This document shows, piece by piece, positions 36,623 through 46,666 of a DNA stretch of 64,000 nucleotides. The stretch is taken from the UHGV virus genome UHGV-1430452. The stretch is one strand, 5' to 3'. A model generated the notes under the pieces. The model was not told the DNA's origin and did no database searches. It saw only the letters and a program-made list of their open reading frames with translations. Every line of letters starts with the position of its first letter. Within the stretch, counting starts at the first letter, position 1. Made by a program: the position numbers and the translations under genes. The DNA is from a virus.

Positions 36623-37120
36623 TTACTCTTCCGGATGTTCCTCCGCTGCAAATCTGGATGAGAATCTGTCAATATCCTGAGTTACACACATTGACTGCAA
36701 ATATGCTGCACGGAATGGTTTACCGTTAATCTCAGAATCATACGGTCTGATATCAAGATCGACACTTGCAATATCAATTTCGTCGAGCATGGATACTGTT
36801 TCTTCATCAAGTTTGACTCTATTTCTACCAGACTGAAGATATACAATAGGGCCTCTGTCGTTAAATTTGACTTTAACTGGAAGATAGATAAATGGTTCAT
36901 CTCCATCTTCTCTTGGCGGTTTGATCTTTACATTCCATCCTGCTCCAAACTTATTTACATCATTCTGCAAAGCTTCTGCCATTTCTTCGTTAGGGATAAT
37001 CAAAGCGAAGTTACGGTCTCCTTCTTTGTTGAATTTACCGCCTTCTCCTCTGAAGTTTCTGAAAATGATTCTTGCGTCATCGATCTGTAATACTCCTCTT
37101 GGTGCGAATGTTAATTCCAT
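36623..37120 (-). CDS. hypothetical protein (165 aa); possibly ssDNA-binding by position next to the replicase
   Basis: location in replication module; no motif confirmed. Confidence 0.6.
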   Translation of the reverse strand: MELTFAPRGVLQIDDARIIFRNFRGEGGKFNKEGDRNFALIIPNEEMAEALQNDVNKFGAGWNVKIKPPREDGDEPFIYLPVKVKFNDRGPIVYLQSGRNRVKLDEETVSMLDEIDIASVDLDIRPYDSEINGKPFRAAYLQSMCVTQDIDRFSSRFAAEEHPEE

Positions 37121-37228
37121 AATGTTAATCTCCTTTTAAATAAATATAGTTTTTAATGGATTTGATTTAATTGCTGCGTTGGACTTTTGTTTAACTTCCT
37201 CGCATATGATTGCTCCTTTCTTGTGATA

Positions 37229-37268
37229 GAAAAACAAAAAGAGTCTCAACCATAATCGGTCAAGACTC
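37229..37268 (-). terminator. terminator-like hairpin with U-tract, immediately downstream of a promoter-like motif
   Basis: 9-bp stem GAGUCUUGA/UUGAGACUC then UUUUUGUUUUUC. Confidence 0.55.
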
Positions 37269-37278
37269 CTTATCTCTT

Positions 37279-37304
37279 CATTAAAGCCGTTGTATTTTTC
37301 GCGA
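37279..37304 (-). promoter_or_regulatory. conserved promoter-like motif copy followed by a hairpin (attenuator-like)
   Basis: cattaaagccgttgtatttttcgcga. Confidence 0.45.
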
Positions 37305-37310
37305 TTCGTA

Positions 37311-37601
37311 CTATCGTAAAGATTTTGGGACAAGGCTTTTGATAATCTTTTTCTGATGCTCGTCCAGATCGTGATATAGAGTGAAACCCGTTGCCCCATT
37401 ATACTCATCGCCAAACTGTTTGTAGTACATAGATTGTTTCCATAACTCCGGATACTCTTTTTTGTACTTTGCGAGTTCTTTTGCTTTCTTGTCATACTGT
37501 TTATCCGAAATTATATTATTATCTAACTCGTAATAAATATATGAATGAAGTATGATATATCTTTGCAAGTAATCTATGTATTCGAGGGTTGTTAGTTCCA
37601 T
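37311..37601 (-). CDS. hypothetical protein (96 aa)
   Basis: start overlaps replicase stop; preferred over overlapping ORF 37136..37495. Confidence 0.6.
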   Translation of the reverse strand: MELTTLEYIDYLQRYIILHSYIYYELDNNIISDKQYDKKAKELAKYKKEYPELWKQSMYYKQFGDEYNGATGFTLYHDLDEHQKKIIKSLVPKSLR

Positions 37602-40600
37602 GGCAGCTCTACATCTTCATCATCGAATGGAATTTCCTCAGGAGATCCTTCCGGTATGTTCATGAAGTCTGGTAAATGAGAATCTCTAAAAGGAGGTTCA
37701 TGCCGATCTGAAGCATCCCAAGGCGGAGTACCAACATATGGATCGTCTGATATGAACCACTCAGCGTCTCCGTATTGACCAATAGTTTCAAGAGCATCAT
37801 CCACAAGCTTTCGATAATATGAACGATCAATATTTTCTTCATTTCCCGGAGACATCATTAACTCGGATTCAAGCCAACGGAAACCAGTTGTTCCTGTAGC
37901 TGCATAATATTTACCGTTCTGTTCTCGCATCAATAGTCCTCCACCCTTTCCAGGCTTAACCGGACAAAATTGCCCAACTTTACCTACGAAATGATAGTCA
38001 TGACCTTCAGCTATTAAATCGTTTAATCTTCGACACTCACTTTCGAAAGTTGTGTCCGATAACTTACCTTTCCTGTACTTATCTTCAAGTTTGGATAGTT
38101 CTTTTTCATACTCGGATACATCTGGAAGTTTTTCGTTCATATCCAAATATAAAGCAGATTTTACTGAGAATGCTTCGCACATATCTTTCAACTCAATTGG
38201 TTCTTTACTGAACAGTGTTTTAAATACATACGGAACTGCAAACTGTTTTCCAGTAGCTGTCCATTCTCCGGCATTCTTTCCATCTTTAAACCTAGCCACG
38301 TACACAGCATCATTTACTAAACAGAATTTTTCAAAGTTAGCCTCTGTTTCAAATGTATATCCGTATTCTTTACCGAATTTGGTTACGAAATCAATAATAT
38401 CAGGAGTAGCATCGGGTATCTTTATGGAATCTGTCTTGATATGACAAACAGTAAATCCTCGTTTCTGAACTTCTCTTTTCAATAATGTCATGAAGAGAGC
38501 TCCTCTTTTGGCAACAATGTTATCCTTATTTCTAGGATCTCTAAATTCATTTACGAAGCCAGCTGATGTCAAACCATAAATGGAATTGATAACAATCTTA
38601 AGTGCCTGCGCTAAATCAGCAGCCTGTTCTTCATTTAAGTATGGTTTCAACGCTCCACCTAATAATTGTCCAGCTGTTTCAAAGTCTTTATGCTTAATTG
38701 CAACACGAGCTTTTACAATATCCTCAAACCGTTTTGTATATTCTGGTCCAAATAGACATTCGAATATAATACTGTGAGGATGCTGAGAAGCAATGTCTCC
38801 ATCCCATACATTACCGTAATGCCCAGGTTCAGAGTAAACCCGACCGCCTTCTCCAATGGCTTCGCCTAAATATGTTGATTTACCAAACTCAAAAGTATAG
38901 CCTTTAAAGAATGGAAGAATGCTATAACCTTCTGGAAGCTTTTCGCCAGGAACGTAAGATCGATATAATGGAAGACCCTCAGAATCAAATACTCTGAAAT
39001 CATAATCATCTCCGAATTTAATTCTATATTCATCATAACGATCTGAGCTAACCGGTTCCGCCAAGTATCTATAGTTGAATACATTCTGCGGTTTTTTATT
39101 ATTTCCAAATATAATTCTTTTAGAAAGAGTATTTGTCGTATCATTAACTGTAACGTTTGTAATATCATGTAAGAGTTTTACAAGATCAACCTGAATCTGT
39201 CTAGCAACAAAGTCTGCTTTTCTTGCATTGAATACAGCTTCCGTCGCAATGACATCATTATCGCAATACTCAGCAACCTTTGCCCATAATTCTTCTGGAA
39301 CTGGTTGATCCCAAGGAAGACCAAGCTCTTGATGATGAATACCCAGTTCAATCTCCCATTTCTTTAAACTCTGTTTCACAGTTGACATATCATATACATC
39401 AATGTAACCAAGATTATATGCCTCACCAAACATGCCATTATCACGGCTTCCCTTTGGAGCATTAATAATTCTTTGAGATAACTTATATATTTCCTCATTT
39501 GTGTATCCCATAAGTCTAGCATAAATGATATGTCTGTCGTATTTACGTCCATTAAAATCAACAAGTTTAAACTTTAGAAGATTTTCTATTTCTGCTGGTG
39601 TAGGATTAATTAATCTAACTACTGTTTTTCCTTCTCCAGCAAACTTATAGTTTACCAAAAATAAATTTGGGAATACCTCACAATCATAGAATACAAGATC
39701 GTCAGTATCACCCTCATTACTTGTCTCTGAAGCCTCTTCACTCTTAAACGCCATCTGATTAACTAACTTCAAACACTCATCAGCCTGGTTACTACTACTC
39801 GCCGCCAAAGCAAATACAGCATTTTTCATATCAGACACATCATATCCAATACCACTCTCATAAGCCTCATCCAAAAGTTTCTTAATCATTTGAATACTTG
39901 GAGCTGTGTTACCCATAATTTCTTTATTCAGATGTTTCTTAAGAACGGATCTCAAATATTTCTCATTCTTAATACCATCAAAGTTAATCACATTTTTCAC
40001 CTCTTTCAACGGAAGACCTGAGCTAATTGTACGAATAACAAGATTGACACACTTAGTAAGTTTTCTTCTAAGAGATGTTTTACCGGTAAATACCTTAATC
40101 TCGATATCCTCATCAAATATACGACTTAATTCACTCACATCACCGTTATAAATATAATGAAGATGAATACCTCCACCACTTTTGCTTAACTCAGCATATG
40201 TTGGAGGCCATTTACTAGCTGCTTCAAGATTCTTCTCGAAACATTTATTACCATTCTCGTCCTTAATATCAAAGTCAATAACTACATGATTTTCAGGGAC
40301 CTTGACGTAATGAAGTTTTGATGTGTCAAGTTCTGATAGGGTAGTTGAAACTTCATCCCATGGCTTCGTCGGAGTTTCTTTTGAAGTAGCATATTGAGCT
40401 GGACAATCAGAACATTCTTTATCAAAAATAGACTCCTGTTCTTCAAATATAAGCCAGCTCTCAGTTTTCTCATCTCCAATAGGTTTCTCTGCTTTAACCT
40501 TTTTCTTCCCACCAATAGAGTCTTCGAAAATATCAGTCTTAAAACCGTCGTAATAACTCAGCAGCTTACTTCCATCTTCTTTCTCCACCTTCTCATCAAA

Positions 40601-41818
40601 TTCCAAAAAATAGTTTCTCAACTCGTCTTTGAATTTTGTCTTAGAAAATGGATACGGCACTTTTGCTTCCTCACAGTAGTTTTTATACATCTCCCATGCT
40701 GCTTTTAGCGTAGTACCATCTTCTTTCTTGAAGACACTGAATGAATCACATACGAAGTTATAAAAGTCATTAGAAGCCATAAGCATGTCCTTCGGAGCGT
40801 AAGTATCGTAATACTCTGGATCTTCTTTAAAGACTTGTAAACAATGATATGCGATTGCTCCCAACTCAAAATCAACCTGTTTGGTCAATCTACGATATTC
40901 TCGAATCGGTATCTTGTTTCCAGTAGGACGAACGTCAATCAAACGCCTTAGTAAACCAGACTTAGCATCAGTGATCTTAACAGGTGTGTTTGTACCCATA
41001 AATAAAAAACATTTGAATCTTGTTTCATATTGTCCTTTAAATTTTTCATTCATGGTCATTATCTCGTGTGAAATCACCGAGTTTAAGCGCGTATTATCTT
41101 CGATTTTTGATAAATCACCATCATGTTGTATCGCTACAAGAGGGTTATTCTTAAACGGTTCCAGAGCGAAAACATTATTCGGATTACCCAAAGCTTTTGC
41201 GTCAAAAGAACAACAATATCCTTCAAATAATTTCTCGATAATATTTATGATAGTTGATTTACCAGTACCACCAGCTCCGTAAAGCACCAGGAACTTTTGA
41301 AGTATTTTTGATTCCCCAGATACAACGGAGCCGATAGCCCATTCTATTTTACGTCGTTCTTCTTCGGAATATAGAGTACCGATGAGTTTATCCCATGCAG
41401 AAATATCGCCAGGTTCGAGAGGATACGGGAGTCTCTTGCTTGCGAAATTCTCTCTGCTTAATTCTGTGTTTGAAAATATAAGTTCATCATCGAGTACAGC
41501 AAAGTTATCACGCATCTGTTTCTGACAATATTTATGGAACTTATCGATTGAGCCACTGTCAGCATCCCACATATACTTAATTACAGGAGTACCTTCAAGA
41601 CGTCCTTCATTTTCAGCGACATATCTATCAAGTTCTCTATCTACAAGACGGGTTACATCGTCTTCATCTGTACTCCACATCTTTCGATCTTCATCCCAGA
41701 TAGCGTAAAAGTCCCTACCTCGAATCATGAGATCTTTAGATTTCAACATTTTGAACTTAGGAGAAACATCAACACTGCTTTTATTCGTCTTCGTTGATAC
41801 TGTCATGAAGTCCAACAT
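37592..41818 (-). CDS. multidomain replicase (1408 aa): SF3 helicase-type NTPase + primase-polymerase (AEP) domain + family B DNA polymerase with 3'-5' exonuclease
   Basis: Walker A VLYGAGGTGKST and motif C FMGTNTP; AEP motifs VVIDFDIKD and GGGIHLHY; exonuclease FYDCEVF and YCDNDVIATEAVF; PolB motif A DIASQHPHS, motif B KIVINSIYG, motif C HIKTDS. Confidence 0.9.
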   Translation of the reverse strand: MLDFMTVSTKTNKSSVDVSPKFKMLKSKDLMIRGRDFYAIWDEDRKMWSTDEDDVTRLVDRELDRYVAENEGRLEGTPVIKYMWDADSGSIDKFHKYCQKQMRDNFAVLDDELIFSNTELSRENFASKRLPYPLEPGDISAWDKLIGTLYSEEERRKIEWAIGSVVSGESKILQKFLVLYGAGGTGKSTIINIIEKLFEGYCCSFDAKALGNPNNVFALEPFKNNPLVAIQHDGDLSKIEDNTRLNSVISHEIMTMNEKFKGQYETRFKCFLFMGTNTPVKITDAKSGLLRRLIDVRPTGNKIPIREYRRLTKQVDFELGAIAYHCLQVFKEDPEYYDTYAPKDMLMASNDFYNFVCDSFSVFKKEDGTTLKAAWEMYKNYCEEAKVPYPFSKTKFKDELRNYFLEFDEKVEKEDGSKLLSYYDGFKTDIFEDSIGGKKKVKAEKPIGDEKTESWLIFEEQESIFDKECSDCPAQYATSKETPTKPWDEVSTTLSELDTSKLHYVKVPENHVVIDFDIKDENGNKCFEKNLEAASKWPPTYAELSKSGGGIHLHYIYNGDVSELSRIFDEDIEIKVFTGKTSLRRKLTKCVNLVIRTISSGLPLKEVKNVINFDGIKNEKYLRSVLKKHLNKEIMGNTAPSIQMIKKLLDEAYESGIGYDVSDMKNAVFALAASSSNQADECLKLVNQMAFKSEEASETSNEGDTDDLVFYDCEVFPNLFLVNYKFAGEGKTVVRLINPTPAEIENLLKFKLVDFNGRKYDRHIIYARLMGYTNEEIYKLSQRIINAPKGSRDNGMFGEAYNLGYIDVYDMSTVKQSLKKWEIELGIHHQELGLPWDQPVPEELWAKVAEYCDNDVIATEAVFNARKADFVARQIQVDLVKLLHDITNVTVNDTTNTLSKRIIFGNNKKPQNVFNYRYLAEPVSSDRYDEYRIKFGDDYDFRVFDSEGLPLYRSYVPGEKLPEGYSILPFFKGYTFEFGKSTYLGEAIGEGGRVYSEPGHYGNVWDGDIASQHPHSIIFECLFGPEYTKRFEDIVKARVAIKHKDFETAGQLLGGALKPYLNEEQAADLAQALKIVINSIYGLTSAGFVNEFRDPRNKDNIVAKRGALFMTLLKREVQKRGFTVCHIKTDSIKIPDATPDIIDFVTKFGKEYGYTFETEANFEKFCLVNDAVYVARFKDGKNAGEWTATGKQFAVPYVFKTLFSKEPIELKDMCEAFSVKSALYLDMNEKLPDVSEYEKELSKLEDKYRKGKLSDTTFESECRRLNDLIAEGHDYHFVGKVGQFCPVKPGKGGGLLMREQNGKYYAATGTTGFRWLESELMMSPGNEENIDRSYYRKLVDDALETIGQYGDAEWFISDDPYVGTPPWDASDRHEPPFRDSHLPDFMNIPEGSPEEIPFDDEDVELPWN

Positions 41819-42029
41819 TCATCTTATGGCCTCCTTTCATTTTTTTAATATATGATTCTAATGTTTCATAGCACCAGTCATAAAAATTATGGTAAGTAAA
41901 AACAAAATCCGAGCCGCTTTTTATGCGAACTCGGACACTATCTTTACCGTTGGGGAACCAGTCTTCTACATGAATTGCAATTTCCGGAAATTGTTTGCTA
42001 AATTGTTTATATACATCTTCGTGCTTCAT
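41781..42029 (-). CDS. hypothetical protein (82 aa)
   Basis: co-directional ORF. Confidence 0.6.
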   Translation of the reverse strand: MKHEDVYKQFSKQFPEIAIHVEDWFPNGKDSVRVRIKSGSDFVFTYHNFYDWCYETLESYIKKMKGGHKMNVGLHDSINEDE

Positions 42030-42038
42030 ATCTTACCT

Positions 42039-42593
42039 CTAAACAAAAGTATCTAAATACCATAACATTTGAATCCAGATTTCAAATTTACGTAAGTCAT
42101 GATCGCAATTCTTAACTCTGAATAATCCACCGCGGCCGTCGGGTTCATATTCACGTTTGAGAAATGTGTTGATCACTTCTCTAACATACTTTTTATCAAA
42201 CCTGGAATCATACATACCGCCCAAACCGAGATTTACGATCATCTTCCAGAACCATTGTCCTGTTCTATCGCCGACACTCGGATCGTCCATAATATCTTCG
42301 CAACGAATTGCAAGAGCTATTATCATTTCTAGGATACTACATGGACGAGATAACATATCGACGATAACTTCTCGGCTTTCAGGGCTGTATATTTCATAAG
42401 CAAACCGACTTCTCAGATTTTCTCCGTCAGTTTCTCTGTTCTCATCTTTTGGGATGCTGTATCTGAATTCAATCTCATGTAAATATTCCAAAAGCTTTTT
42501 ATATGAATTTGCTTTGGCATATCTACCACTGCATACCAGATTATACATCCACTCGAAATATTCTATCTCAATTTCAGTCCTCGTCACCGCCAA
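42039..42593 (-). CDS. hypothetical protein (184 aa)
   Basis: co-directional ORF. Confidence 0.7.
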   Translation of the reverse strand: MAVTRTEIEIEYFEWMYNLVCSGRYAKANSYKKLLEYLHEIEFRYSIPKDENRETDGENLRSRFAYEIYSPESREVIVDMLSRPCSILEMIIALAIRCEDIMDDPSVGDRTGQWFWKMIVNLGLGGMYDSRFDKKYVREVINTFLKREYEPDGRGGLFRVKNCDHDLRKFEIWIQMLWYLDTFV

Positions 42594-43167
42594 CTACCTC
42601 GCTGTAACTTCCGTAATCTCTAAGGATTTCGTAATATGACTTAAAATTAGGATTTTTGATATACACAGTATCGTCTTCATACTCTCCGAAATGGGAAGCG
42701 AAATCCTCTCCTACCATCTCGTCAATATTACCAATTATTCTGTCACGTTCATCCGCGAGCACTCCATCACCTTCATAATATGTCAGAGTGATCATCGGAT
42801 AATCCTGCTCCCATGTCTCTTCTGGAGCAATTACTTCAGGTCCGCCCATGTCATCTGCTTCCTCCTTTTCTTTCTCTTTCATAGCCTGCTCGTTAATATA
42901 ACCGAGCTCCTGTACTTTATCTCTGATTTCCTGAACAGTAAGTTTATCCGGATTTTCAATACCATCTTTTAAACCTTCCGTTAAAGCCTCTCCAACTTTT
43001 TTACAAGCTTTGCTCTCAGAATAGCGATCCCTAAGGAATTCATTCTCTTCGGTTTTGTCAGCAATGATCTGCTCGTACTTGGTTTTAACTAACTTCCATG
43101 TTACTACCGAACCGATTGCACCTCCAGCTAAGAATATCATTCCTTTAATTAATAAATTCTTGTTCAT
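42574..43167 (-). CDS. membrane-anchored acidic protein (197 aa)
   Basis: N-terminal TM then acidic domain. Confidence 0.65.
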   Translation of the reverse strand: MNKNLLIKGMIFLAGGAIGSVVTWKLVKTKYEQIIADKTEENEFLRDRYSESKACKKVGEALTEGLKDGIENPDKLTVQEIRDKVQELGYINEQAMKEKEKEEADDMGGPEVIAPEETWEQDYPMITLTYYEGDGVLADERDRIIGNIDEMVGEDFASHFGEYEDDTVYIKNPNFKSYYEILRDYGSYSEVVGGDED

Positions 43168-43179
43168 TTGTTTCTCCTT

Positions 43180-43377
43180 TCACTCAGAGTATATAAGTTC
43201 GTACTCACCGCTATCATTTTGTTCCTCGTTTGGATCAGTCTTTACCGATAACACCGTCACTGCTAGTCCACCGAATAACAGTGAAATACTCATAAGAATC
43301 CCTCCTGCGATATGACGTCTTTTCTTTGTATTTAACGAATGGTCTATCATTGATAGAATTCTTCCGAGCTTCTCCAC
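43180..43377 (-). CDS. small membrane protein (65 aa)
   Basis: TM HIAGGILMSISLLFGGLAVTVL. Confidence 0.6.
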   Translation of the reverse strand: MEKLGRILSMIDHSLNTKKRRHIAGGILMSISLLFGGLAVTVLSVKTDPNEEQNDSGEYELIYSE

Positions 43378-43521
43378 TTATATCTCTCCCTTTGTTTTAT
43401 TTAGTTGCTGTTGTAGTTTTTAAAATATGCGAATTCCCCTCAATAGGATGAGTAAGAATCATAAGTCCACTGACAAAACAAATCCCAGCAATAGTGGCAA
43501 ACGTAATTGATAACTTTTCTT

Positions 43522-43773
43522 TCACGTTAAGTCAGTCCTTTCATTCTTTTCGAACGGATTTGGTTGCAACGCTAAAACAAAGTAGTCATCGACGATTTTA
43601 GCACCTTTTACTTTGCCGATTTCAATCATTGCTTTAACTGTTGCAGTTCCACAATTCCATCTCACAGCTGCTTTTTCTGCTGAGATAAATAACGGCGTAA
43701 GATTCTGACTGAATAACTCTTTGTCTTCCAAACCGTTCTCCAAAATATAAATGATTAACTCTCTACCGGTCAT
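43522..43773 (-). CDS. hypothetical protein (83 aa)
   Basis: co-directional ORF. Confidence 0.6.
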   Translation of the reverse strand: MTGRELIIYILENGLEDKELFSQNLTPLFISAEKAAVRWNCGTATVKAMIEIGKVKGAKIVDDYFVLALQPNPFEKNERTDLT

Positions 43774-43925
43774 AAATCTCTCTCCATTTTTGATATATAC
43801 TCTTCAGGAAATATGGAATCGATAGACTTCAAGATGTCATTTAGATCATCTTCATCCATCGGTTCACTTAGAGTACAGGCTACTGCAATTTTTAAGTTAT
43901 TGAGTCTTTCTCGTAAATCGGTCAT
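43770..43925 (-). CDS. small acidic protein (51 aa)
   Basis: missed by track; SD AAGGAGAA; ATGA overlap with next gene. Confidence 0.45.
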   Translation of the reverse strand: MTDLRERLNNLKIAVACTLSEPMDEDDLNDILKSIDSIFPEEYISKMERDL

Positions 43926-44028
43926 TCAATTCTCCTTATACTTACCCTCAGCCTCATGCACGAAGCCAAGGGTAGTCAAACATATCTCTGTAGGGATTCC
44001 CAGACCCGAGATTATCGAGTCCTGACAT

Positions 44029-44967
44029 TCAAATCATGTTGAGAATATCCCCATCCACATTGAAATCAAGAAGAATAGTTCTCTCATAACCGTTCACGAA
44101 GTTACGATTTGCCTCGTTGTAAGTGTTATAGATTCCGAAATCTACGAAATTATCACCTACTGGATGTTTCTCGTCATAAATCCATCCAACAATCTGACCT
44201 GCCTGTGTACGCGGGATTCCGAGCATATCATATACTTCATTCAGGAACAGATGACCTTTCGTTTTCAACATGTCATTTGCATAACGCTGCTGATCTTTAA
44301 GGAACATTAGATTGAATTCAGGATCTTTAGTCCATCCTGTACATCCATCATCGAAGAATTTAGCATAATCGCTGTAACTGTCGAGAGTTGCTACATTTGC
44401 TGTTTTCTTAACAGTAGTTTCTGTACCATCTTCATTTACAACAGTCTCTTCGATTTCTTTTGCTTTGATGTTGTACTTCAGTTCTTTATCAAGCTCTTCA
44501 CCAAATCTCTCAATAACACGACCACGATATTCCTTGAAGCCTTTGTCAATAGTTGCATAAGCGGCTGCAAGTGCTAAGTTACGTTTACGAAGAATATGAT
44601 GACCACTAAGAATAGCAGCGATAGAAACTGTTCCAAGGATTACTGCTGGAGCATAAAGTTTTGCTACCTTTACGGCTGTTTGAGTATACATGATAGTTAA
44701 ATCTTTCTTACCATCTTCTTCTGTGTACTCTTTACCTTCTGGAACCATATCTGGATTTTCCATAAATTCATGAATTTTCTCGATTTTTTCTTTTGGCTCA
44801 GCGAGCACCTCATCGAGTTTAGTAGTTGCTTTACATGCCATTACAGCAGAGCCAACTACACCAACAATACCTGCGCCAACCAAGATTTCAGGGCTATGCT
44901 TTTTAAATTTAAAACCTACACGATGGAGGCTTCTAGTTACTGTGTTCATAATTTCTAATTTTGCCAT
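44029..44967 (-). CDS. two-TM-anchored modular protein (312 aa), paralog family A (N-terminal domain shared with 47042 and 49330; C-terminal domain shared with 21525)
   Basis: N-terminal ...PEILVGAGIVGVVGSAVMACKAT... and C-terminal FFDDGCTGWTKDPEFNLMFLKDQQRY blocks. Confidence 0.75.
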   Translation of the reverse strand: MAKLEIMNTVTRSLHRVGFKFKKHSPEILVGAGIVGVVGSAVMACKATTKLDEVLAEPKEKIEKIHEFMENPDMVPEGKEYTEEDGKKDLTIMYTQTAVKVAKLYAPAVILGTVSIAAILSGHHILRKRNLALAAAYATIDKGFKEYRGRVIERFGEELDKELKYNIKAKEIEETVVNEDGTETTVKKTANVATLDSYSDYAKFFDDGCTGWTKDPEFNLMFLKDQQRYANDMLKTKGHLFLNEVYDMLGIPRTQAGQIVGWIYDEKHPVGDNFVDFGIYNTYNEANRNFVNGYERTILLDFNVDGDILNMI

Positions 44968-44969
44968 GA

Positions 44970-45416
44970 TTATTTACTCTCCTTTTCTAATTCTTTACAA
45001 AATTCCATTAAACTTTTACCGCGAATAAGAATATCGTTTGGTGTTAAAACAATATCAGGTTCCTTGCTCTTATTCGGATTCTCAACATATTCAATAAGCC
45101 TATTGAGATACCACTGAGCTTTCTTTAAGTCCTCAATGCCGTTTTTCTTTTTCCAGCGACATAAATACTTCATTGCATTACCTGTACAAAATGCTTCTAA
45201 TCCGTTAAGACCATCACAAAAGGCCTCGATAACGTCGATAGTTTCGAGACCTGATTTTGACTGATAATGATCCGGATGATTCACCATATCGTTTTTGGCA
45301 ACCCATTGTGTCGGAATACAAAAAGGATCATCGCTCGTTATACAGTGTTTACAAGCTTCCGATCCCATTGTACGACCACAATTGTCACAATCATATTTGC
45401 TTTTTGTTATACTCAT
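44970..45416 (-). CDS. DUF3310-like phage protein
   Basis: NHPDHY...GLETIDVIEAF...GNAMKYLCRWKKK resembles the DUF3310 HPxHY signature. Confidence 0.6.
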   Translation of the reverse strand: MSITKSKYDCDNCGRTMGSEACKHCITSDDPFCIPTQWVAKNDMVNHPDHYQSKSGLETIDVIEAFCDGLNGLEAFCTGNAMKYLCRWKKKNGIEDLKKAQWYLNRLIEYVENPNKSKEPDIVLTPNDILIRGKSLMEFCKELEKESK

Positions 45417-45426
45417 AGTTTTCCTT

Positions 45427-45735
45427 TCAAATATAATCTTTTACCTTCTTGCCAGTGTTATAAATCTCTCGTTCGATTCCTAGACCAAAAGGTAATCTAA
45501 CACTCTCTAATTCAGACAGCATTACATAACCCCATTCCCATTCAAAAAGATGACAATAACCGTATAATAACCAGTCACCGTCATCTTGTTTTTCACCTTC
45601 TGTAATTAACCAGGTACCTGTTCCAGTTGGATTAAAATACTTAACTACTACATCAGCTTCTTCCATCTTTCCTTCCTGAGAACCAATCGGATAATTTTCA
45701 AAAGTTTTCTCCAATTCATCGGTCATTAGTAGCAT
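45427..45735 (-). CDS. conserved phage protein (102 aa)
   Basis: co-directional ORF; motifs YFNPTGTGTWLITE, WEWGYV. Confidence 0.65.
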   Translation of the reverse strand: MLLMTDELEKTFENYPIGSQEGKMEEADVVVKYFNPTGTGTWLITEGEKQDDGDWLLYGYCHLFEWEWGYVMLSELESVRLPFGLGIEREIYNTGKKVKDYI

Positions 45736-45767
45736 CGTAACGACACATCCTTATTGTGTATTTTTAT

Positions 45768-46376
45768 TTAGTCAATTGGCATAGCTTTTGGCAACTTAAG
45801 AACATATCCATCTTTAATTCTCACAGTCTCGGCAGTACGAATGTTTGTCCATCCGTATTTGTTACTTGTATACGGTGCTGGAAGAGCAGCCATATCATAC
45901 ATATCAGCTACAGTAACAAAGCCATATGTGTCTATAAGATCTACCATCTGTTCTCTTACAGCCTCACATTCACCGCGAGAATCAAACACAAGATCATCAT
46001 AATCAAACCGGCCTTTTGCACGTAGACCACCATCACGTCGATCGTCTTTCTTATCGTCATAATAACTTCGGTAAGATATCTTGTTCCCAGTCTTACGCTT
46101 ATTACTTCCAGAACCGCCGTAAAGAATCATGTCGGCACCATCAGTAACAATATCCAAGATTGCTTTCTTAATTGCTGGAATCAAAACATCCAAGACAATA
46201 TATGATTTAACATTAGCTGCATCTTCGGAAATGAACATGCTTGCTAATTTACGTCCTTCGTTTTTCTTCGTTTTCACTTTACCATTAACAACTTTCTGCA
46301 CCCTCTTTTCTTTCGTAGGCGCTTCAGTTGCTTTTTCTTCTTTGCTCTTATGAGAATTCGGTTGATATTCTCTCAT
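45768..46376 (-). CDS. hypothetical basic protein (202 aa)
   Basis: co-directional ORF. Confidence 0.7.
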   Translation of the reverse strand: MREYQPNSHKSKEEKATEAPTKEKRVQKVVNGKVKTKKNEGRKLASMFISEDAANVKSYIVLDVLIPAIKKAILDIVTDGADMILYGGSGSNKRKTGNKISYRSYYDDKKDDRRDGGLRAKGRFDYDDLVFDSRGECEAVREQMVDLIDTYGFVTVADMYDMAALPAPYTSNKYGWTNIRTAETVRIKDGYVLKLPKAMPID

Positions 46377-46390
46377 TTTCTTATCACCTC

Positions 46391-46594
46391 TTAATTAACC
46401 ATTTTGATTTCACCAGGCAATGTTATCCTCACACCTGGCAATAAATTTAATTGTTTCTTAGCCTGATAAGTTAAGTTACTCCTGGCTTTTTGTTTTGATG
46501 AAGCACTTGTTTCACCCTTCCAACGATCGATCATGCATTTATCAAACGACATTACAGGACCTTCGTATGTGTATTTGTCATACTCTTCGTTCAT
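46391..46594 (-). CDS. hypothetical protein (67 aa)
   Basis: co-directional ORF. Confidence 0.55.
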   Translation of the reverse strand: MNEEYDKYTYEGPVMSFDKCMIDRWKGETSASSKQKARSNLTYQAKKQLNLLPGVRITLPGEIKMVN

Positions 46595-46666
46595 TGTTAC
46601 CTCCTAGAAACAAAAAGAGAAGAGTCCCATAATTGAGACCCGTCTCTTTTTCGAATACTTTAAATG

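Noticed and set aside
37136-37495. Minus-strand ORF (119 aa) overlapping 37311..37601
   Set aside because: Low-complexity translation overlapping a terminator and promoter motif; the alternative frame 37311..37601 abuts the replicase stop.
38052-41282. Several plus- and minus-strand ORFs inside the replicase gene
   Set aside because: Internal to a 1408-aa ORF with contiguous helicase, primase and PolB motifs.
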